From: Candidatus Fermentibacterota bacterium
GTDB lineage: Bacteria > Fermentibacterota > Fermentibacteria > Fermentibacterales > JCC-6
Assembly (NCBI GenBank): GCA_003646025.1
Contig: QNDR01000004.1
Location: 1-54,388, forward strand
Reading direction: 5' to 3'
Length of the DNA stretch: 54,388 nt
Positions 30,380 to 39,043 of this stretch are shown in pieces. The notes beneath the pieces are model-generated. The model did no database searches. It worked only from the letters and a program-made list of their open reading frames with translations, and was not told where the DNA came from. The stretch's first letter is position 1, and each line of letters starts with the position of its first letter. The position numbers and the translations under genes are program-made.

Positions 30380-30927
30380 TGAATATTAAATCGACTACGG
30401 TTATCGGTATCGTCAGGAACGGAAAAGCTGCCATGGCGGCAGATGGTCAGGTTACACTTGGTGATACCATAATGAAGATGAGTGCCAGGAAGCTGAGGAA
30501 GCTCAGTGGAGGAACGGTTCTCGTGGGTTTTTCCGGTGCCGGGGCAGATGCTTTTGCTCTGGTGGAAAGGCTGGAGGAGAAACTTGAAGCTTTTCGCGGT
30601 AATCTTCCGAGGGCATCCATGGAGCTTGCACGGGAGTGGAGGGCAGACAAATACCTCAGGGAACTCAATGCCATGATTGCGGCGGTGGACAGCCACCATG
30701 CCCTTGTTATCGGGGGTTCAGGAGAGGTAGTTGAGGCGCCAGACGGTATAGTTTCGGTGGGCTCAGGGTCACCGTATGCGATTGCAGCAGCGAGATCTCT
30801 TGTGAAGCACACAAAAATGGGTCCTCTGAAGGTGGCAAGGGAAGCTATTGTCATAGCAAGCGAAATCTGTATCTACACAGGTGGAGAGATCATGTCGGAG
30901 GAAATATGCGAACTCAAAAAACCATGA
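30379..30927 (+). CDS. hslV: ATP-dependent protease peptidase subunit HslV
   Basis: STTVIG, ADGQVT, GFSG..ADAF, GSGS.YA.AAAR, EICIYT. Confidence 0.95.
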   Translation: MNIKSTTVIGIVRNGKAAMAADGQVTLGDTIMKMSARKLRKLSGGTVLVGFSGAGADAFALVERLEEKLEAFRGNLPRASMELAREWRADKYLRELNAMIAAVDSHHALVIGGSGEVVEAPDGIVSVGSGSPYAIAAARSLVKHTKMGPLKVAREAIVIASEICIYTGGEIMSEEICELKKP

Positions 30928-32225
30928 CACCTGCGGAAACTGTCGCCTGGCTTGACAGGTTCGTTATCGGTCAGGACAAGGCGAAGAGAACCGTTGCCAT
31001 TTCATTGCGGAACAGGTTCAGAAGAAAACTTGTTGAAGAACCCATGCAGTCAGAGATATACCCCAGCAACCTTATCATGATGGGACCTACAGGGGTGGGT
31101 AAAACGGAGATCGCGCGGAGGATGGCGAATCTTGTGGGAGCGCCTTTTGTAAAGGTTGAGGCCACAAAGTATACAGAAACAGGTTACGTTGGCAGGGATG
31201 TTGAGGGAATAATCCGTGACCTTGTCCGTTCTGCGGTAAATCTTGCCACAGGTAAGGCCCGGGAAGAGAAAAAGGCCGAGGCCGAGGCGAGAGTTGAAAA
31301 GAAACTGCTGGATGCCCTCTCGAGAACCGGTATTGAGTTCGGGTCAGAAGGGGAACTTGCGGAACTGCTTGAAAACGGCAGACTTGATGATGTTGAAATA
31401 GAGCTTTCTGTTACGGAGAGGGCTATTGGTGTTGAAGTGTTTCCAATGATACCCGGACAGGGATTTGACAACCAGATAAACGATCAGATGAAAACCATGC
31501 TGGACAAGGTTATTGGAAAGCGAAGGAAGAAAATCACCCTCCGTGTTTCAGATGCACGCAATAAACTTTTTGATGAGGAAATTGCCAGAATCCTTGATGG
31601 CGGGGATCATATCCAGGAAGGACTCCGCCTTGCGCAGGAAGAGGGTATTGTTTTTGTTGATGAGATAGACAAGATAATAGGTTCTGAGGGAGGAAGCGGC
31701 CCTGATGTGTCAAGAATGGGAGTTCAGAGAGACCTTCTTCCCCTGGTTGAGGGGTGTACTGTTTCTACCAGGTACGGCCCGGTAAAAACAGATCACATAC
31801 TGTTTATCGCGGCAGGAGCCTTTCACGGCAGCAGCCCTGCAGACCTGATTCCTGAGCTTCAGGGAAGGTTTCCGCTCCGGGTTTCTCTTGATCCACTGTC
31901 GGAAGAAGATCTTTTTCGTATTCTTACAGAACCTGAGGGCTGTATTCTTGAACAGTACACAAGGCTTCTGGAGGCAGACGACCTGAAACTTGTGGTGGAA
32001 GAGCAGGCGAAGAGAAACATAGCTGCGACTGCAAGGTACCTGAATGAGGAAAAGGAAGACATCGGCGCCAGGAGACTCCGCTCTGTCCTTTCATTTCTGT
32101 TCGACGAGTATCTTTTCGGTGCGCCGGATCTGATCAGGGGCAGGGTAAGGCTTACTGGTAAGAAGGCGCAGAACAGGCTGGCAGTGCTGGTTGAAAGAAA
32201 AGACGAAGAGGGTTATATTCTCTAG
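30906..32225 (+). CDS. hslU: ATP-dependent protease ATPase subunit HslU
   Basis: GPTGVGKTE, GYVGRDVE, FVDEIDK, GVQRDLLP, ELQGRFP, IGARRL, C-terminal YIL. Confidence 0.96.
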   Translation: MRTQKTMTPAETVAWLDRFVIGQDKAKRTVAISLRNRFRRKLVEEPMQSEIYPSNLIMMGPTGVGKTEIARRMANLVGAPFVKVEATKYTETGYVGRDVEGIIRDLVRSAVNLATGKAREEKKAEAEARVEKKLLDALSRTGIEFGSEGELAELLENGRLDDVEIELSVTERAIGVEVFPMIPGQGFDNQINDQMKTMLDKVIGKRRKKITLRVSDARNKLFDEEIARILDGGDHIQEGLRLAQEEGIVFVDEIDKIIGSEGGSGPDVSRMGVQRDLLPLVEGCTVSTRYGPVKTDHILFIAAGAFHGSSPADLIPELQGRFPLRVSLDPLSEEDLFRILTEPEGCILEQYTRLLEADDLKLVVEEQAKRNIAATARYLNEEKEDIGARRLRSVLSFLFDEYLFGAPDLIRGRVRLTGKKAQNRLAVLVERKDEEGYIL

Positions 32226-32260
32226 GAATACTGCGAGTTTCTTTACGAATAGGGGGAGGG

Positions 32261-32839
32261 ATGCACAGGTCAGGTAATGAGGTTGCATACAAAATAGTCT
32301 ACTACGGTCCCGGTCTTTCCGGGAAGACAACCAATCTCAGGGGGATACGCGATATCATAGCCCCTGAAAACAGAGGAAGACTTGTAACTCTCTGCACAAG
32401 ATGCGAAAGAACAGTTTTTTTCGACTTTCTTCCAGTGAATTTCGCCAGAATTGGCGACATGAAAATCAAGCTCCACCTGTATTCCGTACCCGGTCAAGCG
32501 TATTATGCACTGAGCAGAAGGGTGATCCTTGACGGTATAGACGGGGTTGTTTTCGTTGCCGACAGTCAGAAGGAAAGAGCAGAGGCAAACATCAGTACCA
32601 TAGATGATCTGGAGCACAACCTGAAAAGCTACGGTCTGGATATGTCCATGATTCCCATGGTTCTGCAGTTTAACAAACGCGATCTTCCCGGAATTATGTC
32701 TACCACCAGAATGAACGAAGAACTGAACAGGTTCCAGTGGCCCACTGTGGAGTCAGTTGCCATCGGCGGCAGCGGTCCTGCGGAAACTCTCAAAATTATT
32801 GCTACCCAGATGGCCAAGCGCCATGCACGCACAGGCTGA
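32261..32839 (+). CDS. mglA: MglA-family small Ras-like GTPase (copy 2)
   Basis: KIVYYGPGLSGKTTN, ERTVFFDFLP, YSVPGQ, DGVVFVADSQ, NKRD. Confidence 0.88.
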   Translation: MHRSGNEVAYKIVYYGPGLSGKTTNLRGIRDIIAPENRGRLVTLCTRCERTVFFDFLPVNFARIGDMKIKLHLYSVPGQAYYALSRRVILDGIDGVVFVADSQKERAEANISTIDDLEHNLKSYGLDMSMIPMVLQFNKRDLPGIMSTTRMNEELNRFQWPTVESVAIGGSGPAETLKIIATQMAKRHARTG

Positions 32840-34958
32840 CAGCAGGGTAAAACTCCGAACAGTTCTGCTCCTGCTGCTGCTGGTGGCAGGTGGTTTTGTT
32901 TTCCGGAGTGTTTTTGCCATTTCAGTTATGCCGCCTCCAGCCAGAATGCAGGGGGAAACAACCCAGGCTTACCGATACACGAAAATGGTTTCAAACGGCA
33001 GCGGCATTCCCGCGGTAGATACGCTGGTAATGCGTCCGCAGGGTCTGAGAACAGCAGAGAACTCTATTTTTGAAGAGTACATTGCAGGTGGAATACATCG
33101 CGTGACAGGCGGCGACCTGGACAGTTTCCTCCATGTGTTCTGTATCCTGTTTCCACTTCTGGTGATTCCTGTAATTTTCTACTGGATGCGAAGTTCAAAC
33201 TTCTCCAGTCAGGAATCTTTTACAGGTGCGGCACTGTACGCCGTGTTTCTCCCGGCTCTTCTTCGAGCCAGGGGGGAAAGTTTCTACCGCGAAATAGTAG
33301 CTTTGCCGCTGATAGTTCTCACTTTTGCCCTTATAGACATGAGCTGTGGTAAAAAAGAGTCATTGAAGTACTCTGTTACCGCAGCTCTGACACTGTTTCT
33401 GGCTCTGGCATCGTGGAAGGTCACCGGGTTTGTGTCTTTCTTCGTCTTTGCCTGGATGGCTTTTAGAAGGCCGGGGCTTAAAACAGTTCTTCCGGTGGCT
33501 GTAAGTCAGCTTCTTGCCTCTGTTTTTTTAAGCCATATGCGCCACGACGGAGCTATTCTTTCTCCAGCTGTTCTAATGGCCGCTGCTGCTGTGGCTTCAT
33601 CGGTGTACCGAAGCAGAATTGTTCCATGGGCAGGTCTTGCAGTTTCTTTAGCCTCCGGTTTCTTTTTCAGGTCATCTTCAGGCGGTCATGTGGCCTCAGT
33701 GATTTTGGCGAAGATTAAATTCATGTTCAGTCACCCTGAAAACCCTGCTCTGCTTTCGGGCGACGCCCGACTTTTCTGGGTAAGCGGTTACACTTCTCCG
33801 TCTTCAGGGCAGATAGTGCTTCTGTTCGGGGTGGCAGTTCTTGCAGCGATTCTGGGGTGGAAACGTTTCAGAGAGAAGACCGGACAGTCGCTGATGCTTT
33901 TCCTTGTACCTCTTTCACTTGCCGGATACCTGTTTTTTGACAGACTTCATGTTGTTCTTGCTGTGGGTATTATCCCGCCGGTGGTGGCTGCCTGCAGAAA
34001 CCGCAGATGGGCTCTTCCTGTTGTTCTTACAGTTTTTGGACTGCAGACCATGTATGCCCCGGGAATAGCAGGTGCGCTCTCAGGGGCAGGGCTGACCTTT
34101 GAAGACTCGTCATCTCTTCTTACTGAGGATGAACTCACAGGACTTATCGGATGGGCGGAAGACAACCGGGGAACAGTACTTTCTTTCTGGCACATTTCAG
34201 GTCTGCTCTCAGCTTATGCAGATATGCCTGTGGTTACACACACCTTCTTTGAAAACACCCGGAACCGGGAAACCATCATTGAATTTGCCCGGAGGATTTT
34301 TGGAACCGAGCGGGAAATGCTGGCTTTTATGGATGAAAAGGGTGCGGAGTACCTTATCTACCAGGCCGATTTTGTTTTTGACAGATCTCCACAGGGTCTT
34401 GTTTACCTGGCAGGGCTTACAGAAATTCCCGATGGTTGTCTTGCTCTTCGGCTCCATTACTATCCGCAGTCTCTTGAAAGCCTTGGAATCGTCTGGCAGG
34501 GACCTTCAATAAGGGTATACAGTCTTGACGGCGGCGTTGAAGGATTACCCCGTCAGCCGTTGTGGGAAGTACGTTATGCCCCTTTTCTGCACGACAGAGA
34601 AATGGCGGGTGCCGTTGTGAACTCGCCTGTTGAAACAGCTATCTACCTTGCAGACCAGGGAATGGAAACAGGTAATTTCCAGAAGATTTCAGCGGCTCTG
34701 CTGCTATTGTCAGGGTCACCCGATGAGGTACCTGCTGATGCTGCAATCGGTCTTCTGCAGGAACTTCTTCAGGCTCATCTGGCGGGAAACTACCCAATAG
34801 ACGATCTGGAGGAGGACTTTGTTGCCTACCTGGATGGCTGGGGACCGGATCCGCAGCTTCGTTTCGATCTGGTAAGACTGTTGCGGAACAGCAATCTTGA
34901 TGACAGAGCGGAGTATCATATGGAAATCATTGAAAGAATGGGAACACAGAACCTATGA
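32823..34958 (+). CDS. GT-C integral membrane glycosyltransferase, DPY19/STT3-like
   Basis: About 12-13 hydrophobic helices followed by a soluble domain. Motifs GETTQAYRY, FYREIVALP, ASWKVTGF, HVASVILAK, FFDRL, PVVTHTFFEN. Start is uncertain (ORF opens at 32757; ATG at 32823). Confidence 0.7.
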   Translation: MHAQADSRVKLRTVLLLLLLVAGGFVFRSVFAISVMPPPARMQGETTQAYRYTKMVSNGSGIPAVDTLVMRPQGLRTAENSIFEEYIAGGIHRVTGGDLDSFLHVFCILFPLLVIPVIFYWMRSSNFSSQESFTGAALYAVFLPALLRARGESFYREIVALPLIVLTFALIDMSCGKKESLKYSVTAALTLFLALASWKVTGFVSFFVFAWMAFRRPGLKTVLPVAVSQLLASVFLSHMRHDGAILSPAVLMAAAAVASSVYRSRIVPWAGLAVSLASGFFFRSSSGGHVASVILAKIKFMFSHPENPALLSGDARLFWVSGYTSPSSGQIVLLFGVAVLAAILGWKRFREKTGQSLMLFLVPLSLAGYLFFDRLHVVLAVGIIPPVVAACRNRRWALPVVLTVFGLQTMYAPGIAGALSGAGLTFEDSSSLLTEDELTGLIGWAEDNRGTVLSFWHISGLLSAYADMPVVTHTFFENTRNRETIIEFARRIFGTEREMLAFMDEKGAEYLIYQADFVFDRSPQGLVYLAGLTEIPDGCLALRLHYYPQSLESLGIVWQGPSIRVYSLDGGVEGLPRQPLWEVRYAPFLHDREMAGAVVNSPVETAIYLADQGMETGNFQKISAALLLLSGSPDEVPADAAIGLLQELLQAHLAGNYPIDDLEEDFVAYLDGWGPDPQLRFDLVRLLRNSNLDDRAEYHMEIIERMGTQNL

Positions 34959-35758
34959 AATTTACCAAAATGAGCGGTGCCGGGAATGATTTCATCATGG
35001 TTGACAACCGGGACGGCAGCCTTTCGCGGCTGCTCGATCGTGAAACAATTGCCGAACTATGCAGGAGAGGTCTTTCTGTCGGGGCAGATGGGCTTATAGA
35101 AATAACAGAGGATCCCGTTCACGCTTTCGCCATGAAGTACTACAATTCAGACGGCGGAGCCGCGAGCATGTGCGGCAATGGTGCAAGGTGTATCTGCCGG
35201 TTTGCAGAAGAGCTGGGAATGGTAAAAACAGGAGTTGAATTTACTTTTGTAAGCGATGCCGGTGTTCACAAAGGCCGTGTCACAGGAGACAGGGAAGCAA
35301 GGATCTGGATGACTGAACCGGTTCTTCACTACCTGAAGAAAGTAATTGATGTTACTGACGGTGTTGTTATCGCTGTCGGATTTGCAGACACCGGCGTGCC
35401 CCATGCAGTTGTTTTCAGTGAAAATATTATAGACGGGACCTTTGAAGAATATGCTCATGTAATAAGATCGCATGATGAATTCGGACCGGAAGGTGTGAAT
35501 GTAAACTGGGTAAAGGTTCAGCAGGATGGATCAATGTCGATCAGAACCTTTGAGAGAGGGGTGGAGGGTGAAACCCTGGCCTGCGGGACCGGTGCCGTGG
35601 CATGTGCCCTCGTGGCCTCTGAAAGATTTGATTCTGTAACTCTACCTGTTAGAATAGCGGTGAAGAGCGGGCTGTTTCTTACCGTGGGAAAAGACGAAAG
35701 CGGCTGGTGGCTTCAGGGCGAAGCCAGTATAATTTACAGAGCGGAGACAAATTCTTGA
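34955..35758 (+). CDS. dapF: Diaminopimelate epimerase
   Basis: FTKMSGAGNDF, NSDG..ASMCGNG, DTGVPH, ERGVEGETLACGTG. Confidence 0.96.
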   Translation: MKFTKMSGAGNDFIMVDNRDGSLSRLLDRETIAELCRRGLSVGADGLIEITEDPVHAFAMKYYNSDGGAASMCGNGARCICRFAEELGMVKTGVEFTFVSDAGVHKGRVTGDREARIWMTEPVLHYLKKVIDVTDGVVIAVGFADTGVPHAVVFSENIIDGTFEEYAHVIRSHDEFGPEGVNVNWVKVQQDGSMSIRTFERGVEGETLACGTGAVACALVASERFDSVTLPVRIAVKSGLFLTVGKDESGWWLQGEASIIYRAETNS

Positions 35759-35763
35759 ACAGA

Positions 35764-35839
35764 GCGGGCATAACTCAGTTGGCAGAGTGTCAGCCTCCCA
35801 TGCTGAATGTCGCGGGTTCGAAACCCGTTGCCCGCTCCA
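35764..35839 (+). tRNA. tRNA-Gly (anticodon CCC), CCA encoded
   Basis: Acceptor stem GCGGGCA/TGCCCGC with discriminator T and CCA; D-arm ACTCAGTTGGCAGAGT; anticodon arm TCAGC-CT-CCC-AT-GCTGA; T-loop TTCGAAA; 76 nt. Confidence 0.95.
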
Positions 35840-35855
35840 TATATTTTTTTCAATC

Positions 35856-36455
35856 ATGATAGTTATCCTGGCGTTGCTTGTTTCAGGTTCCCAGTTCTCC
35901 GTGGGAGATTCGTGGCTTCTGCGTGCCGGGGGTGAAGCAGTTGGTAATCCTCTTGATATGGTTTCATATCTGTATACAGATGCCAACACTGTTCTCCTTT
36001 CAGATATTTCATTTTCAGCTGCAACAGACAGGATCAAAGGAGGAGATGCTTCTATTGTTGTTCCGCTTGTCGCTTCCCTTGTTTCCCAGGGGGAAATGGA
36101 ACTGGCAGAGACCTGCTGGAATCTTCACGGAAATGACCTGCCGGCAACCAGGAGCGATCTTCTTGATGCACTTTCATGGTTCGGCAGGTATGAACTCTAC
36201 AGAGAAATGGCGTTGAACCCCGCAATCCCGCCGGATATGGAGGGGAAAATGCACAGTGATCAGTGTGGAGCCGTGTGTTCCCTGGGATGGATGAGAACCA
36301 GAATAGATGGTATGTTCCACGGTGAAGAAATTGTGTCTCCTCTTGATATAAAGGTGCTTTCCATCTATTTCCCTGTCGTTGACGCATCAGCAGAGTACAT
36401 TACCGTTGCTGAAATTGAGAGTTTATTTCATCGTTCCAGCGGAGGTTCTCTGTGA
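35856..36455 (+). CDS. Hypothetical exported protein
   Basis: Start reassigned to ATG 35856 because the longer ORF overlaps the tRNA. Hydrophobic N-terminus MIVILALLVS; GTGA coupling to the next gene. Confidence 0.6.
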   Translation: MIVILALLVSGSQFSVGDSWLLRAGGEAVGNPLDMVSYLYTDANTVLLSDISFSAATDRIKGGDASIVVPLVASLVSQGEMELAETCWNLHGNDLPATRSDLLDALSWFGRYELYREMALNPAIPPDMEGKMHSDQCGAVCSLGWMRTRIDGMFHGEEIVSPLDIKVLSIYFPVVDASAEYITVAEIESLFHRSSGGSL

Positions 36456-37081
36456 ATATCAGCGAAGCTCAGCAGAGACATCGCGAACAGTTTTCTCAAA
36501 CCATAGAGATGATAAAGAGAACACAGGAGCAGCTTCCGGTTGCTCCGGCAATGGTTTCGTGGGTTCGAATTGTAATTCTTCCCTTCAGCGTCTGGGCAGG
36601 CTGGTATTCTCACTACGCCACCATGTTTCTGCTGTGTCTTATTGCTGCCGCAAGCGACTATGCTGACGGCTGGCTGGCAAGAAAACTTAAAAAATCCAGT
36701 ACTCCCGGTAAGACACTTGATATTCTGGCAGACAAACTGTTTCTTTCTGTAATGCTGATCTTCCTTGCCCGGCTTGGTGTGGTAAATGGTCTTCTTGCCC
36801 TTATTCCCGCGTGGTACCACATCGCTGTGGTTCTGGGTCTGCTGATTGTTTCGTGGAGTATAAAAATCCCTGTTGTAGCCATCACCACAAGTGAAAGGCT
36901 TACGATCATTCTCAGTTATGTTCTGGTTCTTACAGCCGCCGGCGGGCTTGCCTACCCTGAAAAGAGTATTTTCATGAAGCTGACTCAGGTTGCGCAGATA
37001 CTTACACCCATTGCTGCAGTGCTGGGTATTGTGAGTTATTTCAGATTCAGCAGAAGATTGATACAGAGGTATCTGCAATGA
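36452..37081 (+). CDS. CDP-alcohol phosphatidyltransferase (PgsA-like)
   Basis: Signature DYADGWLAR......PGKTLDILAD; multiple TM helices. Confidence 0.88.
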   Translation: MNISEAQQRHREQFSQTIEMIKRTQEQLPVAPAMVSWVRIVILPFSVWAGWYSHYATMFLLCLIAAASDYADGWLARKLKKSSTPGKTLDILADKLFLSVMLIFLARLGVVNGLLALIPAWYHIAVVLGLLIVSWSIKIPVVAITTSERLTIILSYVLVLTAAGGLAYPEKSIFMKLTQVAQILTPIAAVLGIVSYFRFSRRLIQRYLQ

Positions 37082-37746
37082 CTGTTGTTCTGCTTTTTGT
37101 TGTGTGTTTCTCTCCACTTGACCTGGAGCTGGCTGGAAAACTGCCGGAAGCAGGTGCCGCGTGGGAGGAGCAGGGCAGTCTGTCCGGGCAGGTCAGGGTG
37201 ATGGGAAGGCTTGTAGAGGAGGCAATCTACGCCGGCGATGGCAGAAGGGCTTTTCTACTGTCAGGCGAGCTGGGAAATATCTGCGGCAACGCCGATCTTC
37301 AGCAGTTCTGGCTGGCAAGGATTGCCTGGACTTCCGGACTTCCGGTGCTGGCTGCTGAACAACTGAAGCAGATGAATCCCTCTGACCCCTGGCTTCTTCA
37401 CAGGGCTCACGGATTGTCTGCGCTGTTTTCGGAAAACAGCGAGGTGGCAATACAGGAGCTTACAATGTCTATTGCTGAGGCTTCCACAGCCAGAAAGGCT
37501 TTCTGGAGCGGTATAGACCTGTGTTCCGCTTATCTGAATGCAGGACGGTTTTCTGAAGCTCTTCAACTGTCCCGCCTGATAAGAGTTCGTTACCCCGGTG
37601 ACGCTATGGGTGATGTTATGTACGGACTGTGTCTCCAGGTGTCCGGGCAGTTTGGGGAGTCTTCAAGAGTTCTGAATTCTGTAGATACAGAAAACCCGGC
37701 AGCGGTTTCTCTTGCACGGAGTATTATGGAAGGATTTGAGCAGTGA
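37078..37746 (+). CDS. Hypothetical protein, TPR-like
   Basis: Helical repeats such as AYLNAGRFSEAL and YGLCLQVSGQFGES; coupled to both neighbours. Confidence 0.6.
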   Translation: MTVVLLFVVCFSPLDLELAGKLPEAGAAWEEQGSLSGQVRVMGRLVEEAIYAGDGRRAFLLSGELGNICGNADLQQFWLARIAWTSGLPVLAAEQLKQMNPSDPWLLHRAHGLSALFSENSEVAIQELTMSIAEASTARKAFWSGIDLCSAYLNAGRFSEALQLSRLIRVRYPGDAMGDVMYGLCLQVSGQFGESSRVLNSVDTENPAAVSLARSIMEGFEQ

Positions 37747-38636
37747 AATTCATAAGAAATCTCTTTGGTAAACGAAGAGTCACCAGAGTTTCTTCAAACT
37801 GGAGTGATTTCAAGTTCCCGTCTGATATTCTGGAACCTGAAGCAGTTGGAGTATTTTCACCTTCAGGTATTTCCCCTGCGTGGTCTGCGGTTTATATGGC
37901 CAGGGTACTTCAGAATGTGTACTCCGGTATTCCAGTTCATTTTGTAGCTCACAGCAGCGTGGCTGAGCTTGCAGGATTCCTGCCGGTAATACCGCAGATG
38001 CACATTTACACAAACGATCCGGGGTCTGTTGATCCAGGTGTCCCTGAAGGTGTTCTTATGTTCTCTCCACAGCCGGAAGATGATCTGCTGCGTTTTGTGG
38101 AGAAAGTGCCTCCTCTTGCCTGTGTTTCCTTTCAGGAGCATCCTGCAGTAAACATCAGAGTTAAAACCGGCTCTGATGTTATTTTTCCAGATGGCATCTA
38201 TGAGTTAATGAAAGTTCTTAAAATGGAAACGGATACAGTCTGGAAACCCACGGTGCCCGGCGTCCTTGCAGAAAAGGCTTCAGCAGTTCTGTCTCCTGTG
38301 TCTCACCGTACTCTGCCCTATATTCTGGCCACTGAAGCAGCGGCAAATGTACTGGAGAGAAAGAGAGCGGAAGTTCCACTGAAGATCGTTGCTGTAGATG
38401 GAAAGAGCACAGTCATTCCACCGGATACAAGTGTCGGTCTGCTGGCCGCCATGGTTGCCGGCGCTTCTGCTGTGGCTACAACAGACCGGGATCTCTGGAT
38501 ACATGCCAGAGCACTGGGAATACCGGTGATAGGGCTGGACAGAAAGGGAGTATTCAGCGGATGGGGAGGGGAGCCCGCACCGGGAGACACAAAGTTTCTT
38601 GAACAGTGGGCAACCCTTATCAGGATCGGCTGGTAA
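37743..38636 (+). CDS. Degenerate GT9 (heptosyltransferase)-like protein
   Basis: C-terminal MVAGASAVATTDRDLWIHARALGIPVIGL resembles the GT9 DSGxxHxAxAxGxP motif. Confidence 0.5.
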   Translation: MKFIRNLFGKRRVTRVSSNWSDFKFPSDILEPEAVGVFSPSGISPAWSAVYMARVLQNVYSGIPVHFVAHSSVAELAGFLPVIPQMHIYTNDPGSVDPGVPEGVLMFSPQPEDDLLRFVEKVPPLACVSFQEHPAVNIRVKTGSDVIFPDGIYELMKVLKMETDTVWKPTVPGVLAEKASAVLSPVSHRTLPYILATEAAANVLERKRAEVPLKIVAVDGKSTVIPPDTSVGLLAAMVAGASAVATTDRDLWIHARALGIPVIGLDRKGVFSGWGGEPAPGDTKFLEQWATLIRIGW

Positions 38637-38641
38637 TTGCG

Positions 38642-39043
38642 GTGAAAAAGGTAATCACATACGGTACATTCGATCTTTTTCACATAGGTCACCTTAACAT
38701 TCTGAAAAGGGCAAAAGCTCTCGGCGACTACCTTATTGTGGCTGTTTCAACAGATGAATTCAATACAGGAAAACACAAGCAGTGTGTGTATCCATATTCT
38801 CACAGAGCGCAGATAGTTGAAGCTATCCGCTATGTAGACGAAGTGATTCCTGAAACCAGCTGGGAACAGAAAATTGATGATATCAGAAAGCATTCCATAG
38901 ACATTTTTGTTATTGGGGAAGACTGGGCTGGAAAGTTTGATTTTCTGAAGGACTACTGTGAGGTGGTGTACCTGCCCAGAACGAAAAGCATTTCAACAAC
39001 ATCCGTCAGGAATACAGTAAAGAACGGCAAGTCAATTACCTGA
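38642..39043 (+). CDS. tagD: Glycerol-3-phosphate cytidylyltransferase
   Basis: KVITYGTFDLFHIGH, VSTDEFN, GEDW.GKFDFLK, YLPRT..ISTT. GTG start at 38642. Confidence 0.9.
   Translation: MKKVITYGTFDLFHIGHLNILKRAKALGDYLIVAVSTDEFNTGKHKQCVYPYSHRAQIVEAIRYVDEVIPETSWEQKIDDIRKHSIDIFVIGEDWAGKFDFLKDYCEVVYLPRTKSISTTSVRNTVKNGKSIT

Noticed and set aside
30379-30400. Extra residues (NIKS) before the catalytic Thr of HslV
   Set aside because: Short propeptides are well known in HslV/CodW of many bacteria, so this is not novel.
35787-35855. 5' part of ORF 35787..36455
   Set aside because: It overlaps tRNA-Gly; the real start is more likely 35856.
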